A DNA stretch of 63,944 nt, the filler included. It is 10 parts of 10 records of this genome, joined end to end, with 100 filler letters (N's around TTAATTAATTAA, not from the genome) between each part and the next. Parts side by side here need not be neighbours in the genome. Positions count along the whole stretch, not along the records: positions 36,391 to 43,586 come from SRR15195285_1274; positions 43,687 to 49,197 come from SRR15195285_1277; positions 49,298 to 55,499 come from SRR15195285_1278; 7 more parts are not named here. One strand, written 5' to 3'. This document shows, one piece after another, positions 36,391 through 49,382 of the stretch. How positions within the stretch are numbered: the stretch's first letter is position 1; each line of letters opens with the position of its first letter. Made by a program: the position numbers and the translations under genes. The notes beneath the pieces were generated by a model that saw nothing but the letters and a program-made list of their open reading frames with translations, was not told where the DNA came from and did no database searches.

Positions 36391-39300
36391 GAGATGGAGG
36401 AGGAGCAAGTGAAAAGCATGAAGACGTACATATGCGTGCTGGCGACTCTCATGCTCTTCTCATTTCTCGTGATCTTTGGCCTCGTATACATCGGCATTGA
36501 GTTGACGAAGGACATGCGTCCGAAAGACAGCGTCATGCTCGACAACGACGACAACCCGGTGCAAACTGCTACAGAAATAAACGATGGCCAGAGCTGGAAC
36601 AACCGCGCGACAGATATAGCGAATGCCGTGCGCTCTCAGGTCCCGGTCTACCAGCTCGACACAATGTCAAACAGCGCGCTCACGTCTCTGGAGGCTGTCA
36701 AAGTCGACACTTCTCCTGATGGGGACTCCACTGCGGAAGTCGGTGATTTTACCGTAAGATGAACGTCCGCCCTGAAGCCCTTTGCCGCTGTTCCATACGT
36801 CTGATCTGATGATCGATTGGTGTGTGGTGTGTGTCAACTCGTGTGATAGGTGTACCACGTTTCCACAATAAACGTCAACCGCCCAGCGTCTCCCGGCAAA
36901 GTTCGGGTCACCATAACTACTGCCCTCGGCGAAACGATCGAAGTGCACGACAGCGTGGCAATCATCCGCGATGCCGATGGGACCCAGACTCACCGCATCA
37001 CGGCGCCGACGCCCGAATCAGGGCGTCGCCGTCGGATGCAGACAGGCGACGATGAAATTCACGCTACTGGATGCCCGCCACAAAAGATTGTGGAGCTCGA
37101 AGACACCTTCAACGAAATCGGATCCAGCAACGTAACGGGACCAGAGGACCTGATCGCGCGAATGCGAGATAATATAGGCAAAGAAGTGACCACCGCCGAG
37201 GCTACGCAAATGATTGCCGCAAATGATTTGGACGGTGACGGTATTGTCCCACGCGATGAGTTTGTGCGTGCGCAGTGTGCAATGTTGTCGGCAAGTGGCG
37301 ACGATCCGAGCTGTGCTGACGCCTGCATGAGCTTGTACGAGACGGGCCAGCAGAGGGCTGGCGACGAGTGCTCCGCATCCTGTTTCTGCAGTAACCTGGC
37401 CGAAGACGCCTGCAACGAGGAGTACATGTGCCGATACAATTACGAAGCCCCTTCACAATGCGAGGTCCGGCCGAAAAACTGCGACGAGCGATGTGAGTCC
37501 GGCCCTGTCTTGTCTTGTAATCCGATCACCTACCAAGAAGCAGAATCTGGCGCACCGCTGATAGCTTCGCACGCTCAGGTGATGCTGACCCGCACATCTG
37601 CCAGTGGGATGAGAGTGGGAACCTTGCGTCACCGTCCGAGTGTGAGCGTTGCCACCGCTCATGCTACTGCCAAGAACTCGAAGAAGACCAATGCCATCAT
37701 GATGAGATATGCATGTACGATTATTCGACGCACGAAGCCGCAGCGACTTCTGCGACAGCTACGACAGGTCGAGGTCGCCGGTATCTCCAGGACACCAGCG
37801 CTTGCATGAGCCCTCCAGATGACGGGTTTGTCCCACCAGAGGCCCGGGCTGCTTATGTAGCACCACCAGAGCCCGAAATGGTTCCGTGCTGCAATTGTGG
37901 CAGCTGTTTTGAATTCGGCGGCCCTGTGACCGAATCGTGTGGCGAAGAAGGCGTGCTCTGCTGCGGAGTTGCGGCAGATGGGACACCGTGGTTCTCACAA
38001 CCGCACCATGACTACTGCGCGGCAGAGTTTGGAACGGTTTCTGCAGGAGAGTCTCGCCCATCGACCGAGGAAGAACTCGTGGGAGGCGCTCCGCTCACTA
38101 TCGCGCCACCGTGCGTTGCTCGCGAGCTGAGTAAGTCATAATTACGCGTTTTGGAACTCCTGCGTGTCACTGCCTGTCTGTGCAAAATTCTTACCTGTAG
38201 TTTTTCCACTGGCAGACTGCTGGGAAGTCTGTGACATGGACGTCTGCAACCTGAATCATGGAGAAGCATGGACAGAGGACAAGGATCGCGCGTGTAGAGA
38301 CTGTCACACTGAATGTCACTGCTCGGTCCAGAACCAAGAGACCTGCCACGATCTCGCAGAATGCGCCTGGGAGCCAGCGCGCGCGTCTGATGGTTCTCTG
38401 AATGCAGGTGGACAGTGCGTGAAAGCGCCGCCGTCATGCCACGAGATGTGTGATCGTGCTGAGTTCTGTCGCTGGAATGGAGACTACGACCAGCAGGAGT
38501 GCTTTACGTGCCGAGATGACTGTGCGTGTGCAGCTCGACCAGGCGATCTGTGCGTAGCTCCGCCGCGCCCTGAGGGTCGCCTCGGCTGGCGCTCGATGAA
38601 CGGCGATCAAAAATGGATGATGCACATCGAAAATGGAGAAGTATTCCCGGGCACAACAGACGAACGCACCTTCCCCGCACCACTGGACAAAACTGTGGAC
38701 GTTTGCGCAGAATTTTGCGCACAGGGCGGCTATGAATACATGGGGCTGCAGTGGGAGGCGGAGTGCTACTGCTCGAATGAATACGACTTGCGAGGTGAGG
38801 CTGCACCACACGAATGCGGGGTTACAGAAGACCACCCAGAGCCTCGCTGCGCTACCGACGAGTGGACGGGGTGGGACGAGGCCACTCACTTCGGAGGGTG
38901 TGGATATCGAAACGCTGTTTTCACTGTTGCCAGCGGAGATTACATCGGCTGCTTCATAGACGGGGGAGAAAACGATCCAGTTGTCGACGGTCTGACGGAA
39001 GAGATGCGTGTGCATTCCGGGCGCGAATGCGAGGTCGATGAAAAGCAGCAGACTTGCGTTCCTACCAAGCCTACGTGCAGTCAACAATGCGATTGGGGCA
39101 TCTGCCACGAATTATCTCGGGAGGAGGAACGGCTACGCATGGAGGCTGAGGCCAACTTTGACGAAGCAGCTCTGGCAGCAATGGACCCGAGTACAATGAC
39201 TATGCCCACTGCAGTTCAGGTTGACTGGCGCCCTTGCGGACAGTGCCATGATGAGTGCTACTGCTCAGAACAAAAATTTTCATTATCTCAGGAGACGTGC

Positions 39301-42300
39301 GCTCGCGACAGCGGCGATTTCTGCGAGTGGAAAGCGACTGATGTGAGTTGCACAGCGTTGTCGTTCGCTTGCTAGTGATGTGTCGTACAGATCTAGCTAG
39401 TGTCGTTCGCCATTGATGCGATGCTGACTAGCTGCGTGCACTGCAGATATCCGCGACTGTAAAAACAGCGTCTGGCGCTACGTCCCCCGAATCTGCTCCA
39501 GGTGTCTGTGGCAAGGCGCCGCCAAACTGCTGGGAGAAGTGCCACTGGTCTGACGATTGCAAATGGGTGCCGGATCCGTTGACTGGCATGGAATATCCGA
39601 TGGACGCCTACGCCTGCCGCCTGTGCACCACGCAGTGCGAGTGTCACTCTGATCATCGTATGCACGAGTTTGAGATGCACCAGGGCGAGCGCTCAAACCG
39701 CGACGACGAACCTCTTACTTTCGCTGAGTTCTGTGCGTGGGATTCACGATGCCAGGCCACGGATGGGGCTGACACGCCACCGAAGTGTGAAGCTGTGACC
39801 ATTGGTTGCCATGAAATGTGTGATTTGCAGACGTTCGAGTCGCCATGCTCATCGCACAGCTACGACGCCGAGGCCTGCGATGCTTGCCATCGTAGTTGCT
39901 GCTACAATGAGGATGATCCGACCGCTACTCACTGGCACCACACATGCGATGGGATTGATATGTGCTGGGACAAGGCAGATGGCGAACCGTGTTGGACAAA
40001 ACACGAACATACCCCCAGCGTGTGCCAAGACAGACACTGTCCGGAACCACAGTACGAGGAAGATGAGTTCTGCCCGATTTGTTTTGACGGCGGACATGTA
40101 TTCGAAGACAAATGTGGCTCGTGGGAGGGAGGCGCCATTCCGCATTGGCAGGCGGACGGAACCGTAGTGATGCCGGATGCACCATGCGAGTCAACCTGCG
40201 GTGAAATCCGGGACTGGCATGCGATGAACCCGCACGATGGTTGCCACGATGTAATGGCTCACTATGACCACACAGTCGGGTGCTGCTACCGAACGGAGGC
40301 TGTTGCCAACGAGGGGCCGCCATGTTGTCAAGAATGCCAAGATGGCTGTGGCGGGTACCACCCGTTCACTGCTGGTTCTACTCGGGGAATTTCCGATGAG
40401 TGCCTCGACGACGGCCATACGTTCATTGACATGTCCGGGCCAGAGCCTTTTGAGATGGGCATTTGTGACATGGACATGTGAGTTTGCATTCTTTCGTTCC
40501 CTGTGTCCTGCTACGAACAGTGCTGAGCGCTGAGCACTGTCATCGTCGCTGCAAACCTTCTGGCTGGCAGGGAACACCCGATGTTCGACGCTTGGCATGA
40601 CCAACCCTGCGATCGATCTTGCTTGGTGGCAACAGAGGAGCAACCCCGTTTTGACGATGACGATCATGATGAGCACGAGGACGGACCTCCAGAGTGTGTC
40701 GCTGCCTGTGCGTTGGGCTGTATGGAGAGCATGATAGACCATGAGACTGGTGAAATGCGCGAAGATCATCAGGGTCTCTGCGCATGCTTCGGCACCTGTG
40801 ACCTTTCGGGCTGTGATTCTGAAACTACAGACGATATTGTCGAATTCCTCGACTCGGGATGCTTCATGGGCGAGGAGGGTGAGGTTGGGCGTGAGTACAA
40901 CTGGGACGCAATGTGCTGCCTCGACTTCGCAACTGGAAACTGTGATGCAGACATCAGTTTGCAAGAGTGTGAGCCGTGCCCATTTGAAAATGATGGCGTC
41001 TGCGACGCGATGTGCAGCGACGATGGTACTCCACCAGGTCAGCACGACGGACGCCCTGGTTGTATCTGCCACGAGGGCACAGACCTTGCTGATTGTGAAG
41101 CGCCAGACCCAGCTGAAGACGACGAAATTCCTGATGTCTGTTGGGATCTGGCGTTCTCGGCCGGATGCCTCGCGCTCCCGCACGACCCTGCTTTGTGTGA
41201 AAAAATGAACGGCGTTGGCGAATGGGAACGAGACCCCGTCTGCCGCGGCCCTGAAGACACAACACGATGCGCTGGTACTAGCACGAAGCTCTCGTCCGGC
41301 AATGACTGTGTCGCCGAAGAGTCCGGCGACGGTACCGTCGCGTTTTCGTGCGGGTACCAGTGCGTAACTGATGGTAACCCAACATGTGGCGCTTGCAACA
41401 TCGAAGAGTTCCTTGGCTGGGCCCTGGAAGAGCAACCGAGTTGCGCCCAAGGAGGTGAGATGCTGCGTGCTGGCTGCGGTGGTTGTCCGTTTGAGAACGA
41501 CGGCTCTTGCGACGCCCCACACAGTTGCCCTGCAGGCACCGACGCAAACGACTGCGACAGAGAAATATACACATCCGTGCTCCAAGAGGTGGGCAGCATG
41601 TGTGCAGACGAGTTCAGTGCCTGCACTGGAAGCGACAGTGACAACGACTGCTGGTTCACGCCAGAAATCATCTCTACACCAGCCACCACAACTGAACCCG
41701 CTCGTGAAGAGATTGTCGACTGGAACTCGTGCCCTGAGTCCGACTGTCTCGCAGAGCTGTTCGCTGCTGTCGACGCTGGCGAGCCGCCCACAAGTGGGAG
41801 CACCACAATGATGGAATTGGTACAGTGCTACCTGACAGCCCACGCAGAACACGAGGAACAGATGGAGGCGTGCCCGTACATCAACGACAATTACTGTGAC
41901 GCGGGTGAATTGTGTGATGAGGGCACGGATGTCGAGGACTGCCAAGCTCAGGAAGCTGCGTATGAGGCAGAGGCTGCAGCTCGAGCAGCTGCAGAAGCAG
42001 ATTTACTAGCTCAGTGCGAGGACTGCCCGCCTGACCACATCTCAGTGGAGGATTGCCTTGTCCAGCAGCTCCACCACGAGCATTTCCCAGTCTGTGATCT
42101 CGACCCAGTTACAGATGGCACAGACGAATGCCTTCCAGGTGAGATGGTTTCACCATCTTGCGGTTGCATTTGGCCCTGAGACACATACAAACGTCTCTCT
42201 ACTATCCGCTGCCTTCTTGACCCATGACAATTTTTTCGTTGCATCCGTAGGTTGTTTCCTTTCTACCTCGTACGTGCCGACCTGCGACCTGGATTGGCAT

Positions 42301-42498
42301 ACTGATCGTGACTTCGGAGAAGATTGCCCCCCTGGATGCGTTTATGACGAACCTGTTGGCGCGGCGCCAACATGCACTGGGACCGCGAACGAAGAGCCCC
42401 CAGTCTGCAGGGGTAGCGCGGAGCCCACAGTCGAAACCGAGTGGATTCTGATCCCTCGTGTGTGTGAACTTCCACCAGGTACTGCAGGTGGTCGCTAA
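36391..42498 (+). CDS. Large acidic Cys-rich membrane-anchored surface protein with EF-hand, WSC domain and LNR-like repeats, multi-exon, probably 5'-truncated
   Basis: One N-terminal TM (YICVLATLMLFSFLVIFGLVYIGI); EF-hand DLDGDGIVPRDEF; WSC-like CAEFCAQGGYEYMGLQWEAECYCSNEY; NDGVCD/NDGSCD/NDNYCD motifs with GTD..DC. GT-AG introns lie at the frame switches. Confidence 0.65.
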
Positions 42499-43586
42499 GC
42501 AAGTGCTGTATCGCCGGCTGTGCAGAAGTTATGGAAGTTATGGAGGGCTAGGTAGGCGCAATTGCTCAGCAAACTGAAGTTGCGTTCATAACGACGGTAC
42601 TGGTGCCTCTAGGTGTTCGCGTTCCCTTGATAGCACTGCACCGCGGCTACCCCTCCGTACGTCGAGCGCCATGCGTCGACGGTGGCCCAATGACGCAAAT
42701 GATGGCCTAGATACCCGCGACAGCACCTGCTTGCACCACAACTTTAACTATGTGTCTAGCACCGCACCATGCCCCCACCCCATCTGTGATCTCGGTGTTG
42801 GAGTCTGGGCCGTCGTCCAGCGCATCCATACGTGGAGTTCGTAGCAAACCATCACGCGACACCAATTTTAAACGTGTCGCGTGACGGGGTGGTGGCTTGG
42901 AGGGTGGTGGTGACAGTGGGGGCTTGGAGGGTGTCGGTTTGGGGGATGGCGATTTGGGCGCTGGATCAATAATACCACAAAATCTGATCTAGTACTCAAG
43001 ATCGTCACTCTGAGCCCCCCGTATTACTGGATTCAGTAGGACGACGACGATGACGACAGCGACTTTGTCAGGGACAAGGCGAAGGGGCAGAGTGGGCTGG
43101 ATCAAGAGAGGACGGTGCCGATGCTGTTCAAGAAGGCGCACTGTGCGCTGCTGCCGGACAAGTGTTATCACACTAGTCTACGCTACATGAATCCGTTTTA
43201 AAAGTAGCGGCCAGAGTCAAGCAACCCTTACATGACTCCTTGGAGGAGGTGAGCAAGCTCCGTTTTAAAACGGGTTCATGTAGCGTCTAGTCTAGTGTGA
43301 TAATACTTAGGCGGGCGATCGCTGCCACGTCTGGTGCTCGAACAAGTGTCCGACGATGAATTGTTCGTCTCTGCATTGGTATGTAAGCCATTCTATGAAC
43401 TATTGAAAGAATAGGAGCGGTGTGCACTGAAAGACGGTATTGACAACGATGTTCGTTTCCTGGCACCACCAGCAGCCGGCATCTGCAGTTCATTCAATCG
43501 ATATATGTTTGTGAACTCCTCGGGTGAACATGGTCCTCAGTGGAAAACCCGTGCCTCCGCCCCCAGCAGGGTGGGGCGCCACAGCG

Positions 43587-43686
43587 NNNNNNNNNNNNNN
43601 NNNNNNNNNNNNNNNNNNNNNNNNNNNNNNTTAATTAATTAANNNNNNNNNNNNNNNNNNNNNNNNNNNNNNNNNNNNNNNNNNNN
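43587..43686. other. Artificial contig spacer
   Basis: 44 N + TTAATTAATTAA + 44 N. Confidence 0.99.
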
Positions 43687-44034
43687 GGGGGGGAGGGGAA
43701 GAGGGGAAGAGGGGCAGGTGGAGCAGAAAAGGTGTGCAAACACACAGCTGTATCGTACCGTGCGCGCGCCGGACGCAGATCTACAGTGTATCAGCCTCGC
43801 TCTGGAGCAGAGGAGGGGTGAGAGAGGAGGAGAAGATGTGGAAGGCGACGAGGGTGAGGGGTGAGGGGGAGAGGGGGAGAGGGAGAGGAGGGAGAGGAGG
43901 GAGAGGAGGAGGAGAAAAGGTGTGCAAACCCTAGCGTTGTGACAGCGGCTGACCGCGGAATGCTCAAAAAATGCGGGGATGTTCGCATAGGGACTCGGAG
44001 ACACCATCGGCTACCATCAGTGATAGGCGATATA

Positions 44035-47000
44035 ATGTCCCGAGGTCTGGGGACGCTCGGATCACTGTGGAGCACGGCCGTGCTATGGACGGCGGTGCTC
44101 AGAGTGCAACAGCACGCCTACGCTCAGCGGTACCTTTGCCCACCTGGGCGAGGAGCCAGCCTTAAGGGCACCGGTGACAGCAGTGAGTATTGTGACATGC
44201 CTCGTGGCGCCTGCGCTGATTGCCAGCGAGGTGAGTACACAGATCCACTGACGGGTGCGTGCGCGAAGTGCAACGATACGAAAGTTCCGAACGACTCTGG
44301 GTATGGCTGCGAGTTTTGCCCCGCCGGCAAGCAGCGCAACAACACGGACCGTTCCGCGTGTGAAGCATGCACGATCGGCCAGTACAGCAGCTTGGACGGT
44401 CAATGTAAGCCATGCCAGTTCGGGCGCTACACAGATCAAGCTGGTTCTGCTGGCTGTCGAACGTGTCCGTTCGGCAAAATACAGAACGCCAACTCCACAG
44501 AGTGCATCTCGTGTCCGAAGCATCAGGTGGCAGTAGATGGTGTTTGTCGTTGCCAGGCTGAACATTACAATGCGTCCGAGCTCTGGGTAGAGTGTGATAT
44601 GCACGGCTCCGGCTACGACCCTACTGCTAGAGACAAGTGGGTAGCGGCGGGGCGCGAAGTATGTCAAGACTGTCCTATTTGTGCAACGTGTGAAATTCCA
44701 GGCAGCCCACCCGTGATTGAACCGGGGTTCACCACGACCGTAACCAATGCGGGAGAAGTGCAACGGTGGGATCGATCGAGTGATGCCTCGGGTCAATTGA
44801 GTGATATCCGAGTCGCGTATGCATGCCAGCATTGCATCGGCGACCATTCAGATTGCGTGGCTGTCGGTTGCCCAGTGGGCTCCACAGTAGTACAGCTCGA
44901 AGGACACAAGACCTATCCGGACTCCTTGCTTTTAAAACGCTGCGAGGAGGTCGCTGATCAGTTCCTCTCCGAGGGTCCACGGGTGACGCTTGGTCCTGCG
45001 GATGTTGGTGATCTTCGCAATTGTGTTGGAGAGGGCACATGTGGCACTTTTACTGAAGCTGAAGAGGAAGAAGAGCGGGACTGGTGGGGCAAGAACAATC
45101 CCGACGTGTTAGTTGTGTTGTCGCAAGATGGCGAAGACAACTTGATGTGGTTGTCGCGCTCGGAGCACACTGACGACAGCTTCATATGGTCTGATGAGGA
45201 AGATTTCGGCCAGAACTCCACGTACGCCAATGTCACGATTGAAGAAGACGTTGAAAGTCTCTGGGTGGGGGCATGGCAAGATTCACTCGAGCGGGACGCG
45301 TCCGGGTCAGGGTCCCTGCTGCACAGCAGCAACGGTGAGGACACCCGAAAATTTCGTTTCGAACATGAGTGGTGTTTGTATGACAAGAAAATTTTGCAGC
45401 CAGCACGTTCACAAAGAACGGCACTGCATTGTCGCACTGGCTATGTTGGGTTGTTCTGCCAGTCTTGTGATGAAACACATTCGTTGCAAGGTTTTCTGCG
45501 CCAGGAATGCAAAAAGTGTCCCACCAGCTGGCCCATTATGTTCAGTGTTGGAGCGTTGACAGTGGCTCTAGGCACGATTATGTTGGGAGTGCAACCTGTA
45601 GCAAAGATCTGCTTCCGTAAATGCAAGCTCGGCAAGAACGGAGACAATGGTGAGTCACTACACGAGTCGATCACAAACCCTGTGGGTGGGCACAGCAGCC
45701 CCGCGGAAGAACAAGTAAACAAGCAAGACACAACGACAAACCCACTGCGAGTCGCTGTGAAACGAACCGGCACACTCTCATTCGGTACGGTGACACTAGT
45801 GCTGATGAGCCAAAACTTGTGGGTAGGAGCAGTAACGTGCTTGACTTTTCTGTATTCGGTCAACGACGTGTACTGGAAAAAGGATTCTTCGTTTACGGAC
45901 AAGCCAGTCGTGCATGCAGTCGATGAGTCTGGCAACCGATGTGCCAACCGACGCGACGCCTGGATTCACATTCGTCGCAAGCTGGACCTGTACGTCAAGG
46001 TCGTATATCAACCACTCTTGAGCATTATCACGTGGGCTCAGCTCACTTCCAGTGTAGCAAAGCAGCTGTTGAATGACCAGCGATTCATTTATATACCGAG
46101 CATTGTTCACCCAGTTATGCAGCTGAAAGAACCATATTCTCACAGCTCTATTCAGTGCCATGGTGGAAAACGTTTGGGATTAGATTGGGAGCTGTGGTGG
46201 TTGCTGCGAATTGTCTTTTGCTTGTTAGCATGCATGGTGCCGGCAGCATTCGTTTGGTTTTTTCTCAGTAAGACGACGACGTTGCAAGAAGCGGAGCGAG
46301 AGGCCATGGCTGAGACGCAGCAGGGGGTAGGGCTGGTCGGTGGCAACAGCACTCCGCCACCTGTGACACCAGCCGCGATGCAGACAAGTACGCCAGATGC
46401 GGAGTCCAACAGGGACACAGATGCAGACGCCCGAGCAGCTGATGCTTCGACAGACAGGAAGATCCACGCCAAAGCAATTTTGTTCAGAAGTGTTGTCTTG
46501 CTACACCCAGCCGTGTGTAAACTCTTGAGTGCGCCGTTTGTATGCGGCCGCCCAGTTATCAATGCGCGGGGGGGGTCAATATCCATGCTCGTTGACGATG
46601 ACAGCATGGCGTGCGCGGGAGTAGCCACCACTTGGAAATTGTCATCAAGTGTTCTGGCCGTGGTATTCACGGTCGGCGTCCCGATGTTTGTCTTCTGCGA
46701 TTTAGCGTCCCCTATGTGTAAGTTGATCCGAGACTCGGAGAAAGAAAACGCAATACCCGCAATGGAAAATCGGAGGTCGTTATCGGTAGCGTTGGTGCAA
46801 AATTTACCGCGCCGGAGACAACGCACGCAGTCTGACTCTAGTTCGACAGACGGAGTGGATAACGAGACAAGGAATTCACCATCAGGGGATGCAGGCACAG
46901 GTCCAAACAACCCGTGTTGCTCGGTCTTGCAACAAATTGTCCACAACATGCTGTTTGTTGTGGACAATTTGCCAAAATATAAACGAGCTGTGGAATTTAA

Positions 47001-49197
47001 GGATATGGATGGCGCAAAGACGCTCTTGTCAAAGATCGAGAACAGAACGCCCGATGAAATCAAGGATATTTGTAACGGCGACATTGACGTGGCCGCAACG
47101 TGTGTTGTGCACGATGACCGGCATTGTCTACGTGCATCAGATTATGAAGCAGCTGGACGTTCGTACATGACAAAATGTTACAGGCCTAAACGGGCATACT
47201 GGGAAGCACTGGATATGGGACGTACGGCGATAATGTTCTGGATATTCTCAGGTCTACTTGGACAGGGTGTGGTGAGCAAGGTGATTGGGATGGCCGTATC
47301 GCTCGGATTCAGTGTCTTGATAATGACGAAGAAGCCCTACAGGCTGCAGGCGGATCTGGACTTCAGGCTTGCGATAGAGTTGCAGTGGTTCATGACACTT
47401 CTGGCGCTTGTCTTCGTAGATGCTCTGGATACCCAAATGGCAGAGTATTTTGACTTGTTTTACTGTGTTTCAGCATTCATGGTCTGCGCCGGGTTCAGCT
47501 GGACTATTCGACGCAAGCTGCAGTTGGCTCAGTTGGCTATCGAGACGCAAGACATTCTTGGAGTGTTTTTGAGGTTACATTGTGACCTTGCTTCCGAGAC
47601 AGACCGACAGGACATGACAGATTTCATTCGCGAGCGCCACGACCATCAGATAGAAATCGATAAGGCCCTGAAACTGTTTCGTGCGGACTGCATTAATAAG
47701 GACTTTATGGTGTCCGACTTCATTTTTGAAATTCTAAAGCAGCACATGAAGGAGGAGACAGAGATGCAGCACTGGACGGAGGAGACAGAGATAGGGAAAC
47801 ACGTTGAAAAGCACAGAAGAGAGGAGTTTGCTAAAACGGTAATGGTGTTCGAGGATCATCGTTTGTTCACGTCCCTTGAACCCGAGGCGCAGATCAGGGC
47901 ACTGATGGATCTGGCCCAAACGGCAATAAGGTTGTTCGAGGATCATCGTTTGTTCACCTCCCTTGAACCCGAGGCGCGGATCAATGCACTGGTGGATCTG
48001 GCCCAAACGGTAAGGCTGTTCGAGGATCGTCGTTTGTTCAGGTCCGTTGAACCTGAGGAACGGATCAGGACACTGCTGTATCTGGCCCAAACGGTAAGGT
48101 TGTTCACCAGAGACTGCAACCAGGACCCTGAGGCACAAAATACAGCACTGCATCTCGCCGTTCGGGCCTCAGGGGCTGACGGAGCTACGGAACCTGGTCG
48201 AGACGCGTGTTACAAGTGCATGTTGCATTTGTGCTCGTTGGGCGCCAACCCGATGGCAGAAAGTTCTCGCTACAGCCACACTGCTGCGCAGGTCGCTCGG
48301 AGCGTATCAGATCCTCGAACCGTGTTGTGGGGACGGCACGCTCACTGCCTGCACGATCTAAAGCCCGAAGTCGAGAATTTTGGGACACTCGCTGCACTCG
48401 ACAGTGTCCTCGAGTGGCGTAAATTGCATCCAAACGATTCAAAACAATGCCCGTCTTATCGCCTCGAGGGGACCGATACGCATGTCTCCCAGACCTGTGT
48501 CGTACTGCGCGCATGGGAAGTGGGGGATACAGGCAAGGACACACCAGTGGTGGCGAAGTTCATGCAGCACAAGCGTCAACACGCGCGAGAAGTCGACATT
48601 AGGCTCCAGCTGAAGAATGCCGAGATTGAAGCATCCCCTGACGTGGATGTATCTGACGTAGACAAATTCGTTGTGCCGATCAAGCGACACTTCATCGTTG
48701 ACCAGAGCTGTCAGATGTGGAAAGATGTGAAGGCAGCGACCGTCGATGGCGACCGACTCGAACGCTTTGGACAGCACACACTGATCATGGAACGTGGAGT
48801 CAGAGACTTGATGGATGTTCTCGCGCACGACAACATTGCTGGCCGCGAGCGTGCCAAAGTGCAACACTATGGTCGACAAATTGCCTGCTGCCTGCTGGCG
48901 ATGGAGAAACGTGGCGTTTTGCACGGCGATGTGAAGCTGCTGAACCTGATGGTCTTTTCTGCAGATGATTCAGTACACGAATCAGTAAAACTCATCGATC
49001 TCGACGCTGCCGTAGAGTACGGAGGCACTGCTGGAAAGAAATACAGCAGCGCCTGCTCTCCACCTGAGCTCGCGCGCCTAATATGCCAGTATCGTAAAGT
49101 AGCAGTAGCAGATGCACCTTCGGATGACAGCAAGGAACTCGATGTGGCCGCTGAGAATGTAGCATCCGAACCAGAACCAGAACCAGAACCAGAACCA
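44035..49197 (+). CDS. Multi-pass receptor-like protein kinase: Cys-rich ectodomain, several TM helices, tandem repeat, ankyrin-like unit, kinase; 3'-truncated
   Basis: Signal-like N-terminus; CxxCPxG repeats of the TNFR/ephrin-receptor-like type; hydrophobic segments with YRPKRAYWEALDMGR and KPY motifs; NTALHLAV; kinase VVAKFM, HGDVKLLN, LIDLDAA, PPE. Confidence 0.8.
47835..48108 (+). repeat. Coding tandem repeat, 3+ copies of 84-87 nt
   Basis: Units begin GTTC at 47847, 47934, 48018 and 48102, encoding FED(H/R)RLF(T/R)S(L/V)EPE..I..L..LAQT. Confidence 0.95.
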
Positions 49198-49297
49198 NNN
49201 NNNNNNNNNNNNNNNNNNNNNNNNNNNNNNNNNNNNNNNNNTTAATTAATTAANNNNNNNNNNNNNNNNNNNNNNNNNNNNNNNNNNNNNNNNNNNN
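49198..49297. other. Artificial contig spacer
   Basis: 44 N + TTAATTAATTAA + 44 N. Confidence 0.99.
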
Positions 49298-49382
49298 TGT
49301 TTTCTTTCATTAAAACAGGACTGGTCAACACATGAAGTGGCCAAATACATGTGGGTGGTGCCACACCTCAGTTGTGAGAAAA

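Noticed and set aside
40191-41945. 584-aa minus-strand ORF
   Set aside because: Antisense shadow of the Cys-rich plus-strand exon; no motifs of its own.
43687-44034. N-terminal extension of the receptor kinase ORF from 43861
   Set aside because: Purine-rich low-complexity flank with a non-ATG start. The signal-like sequence begins at ATG 44035.
49168-49197. EPEPEP hexamer repeat (also at ~7900-7920) as a functional element
   Set aside because: Low-complexity coding linker. Several contigs end at such simple repeats, consistent with assembly breaks.
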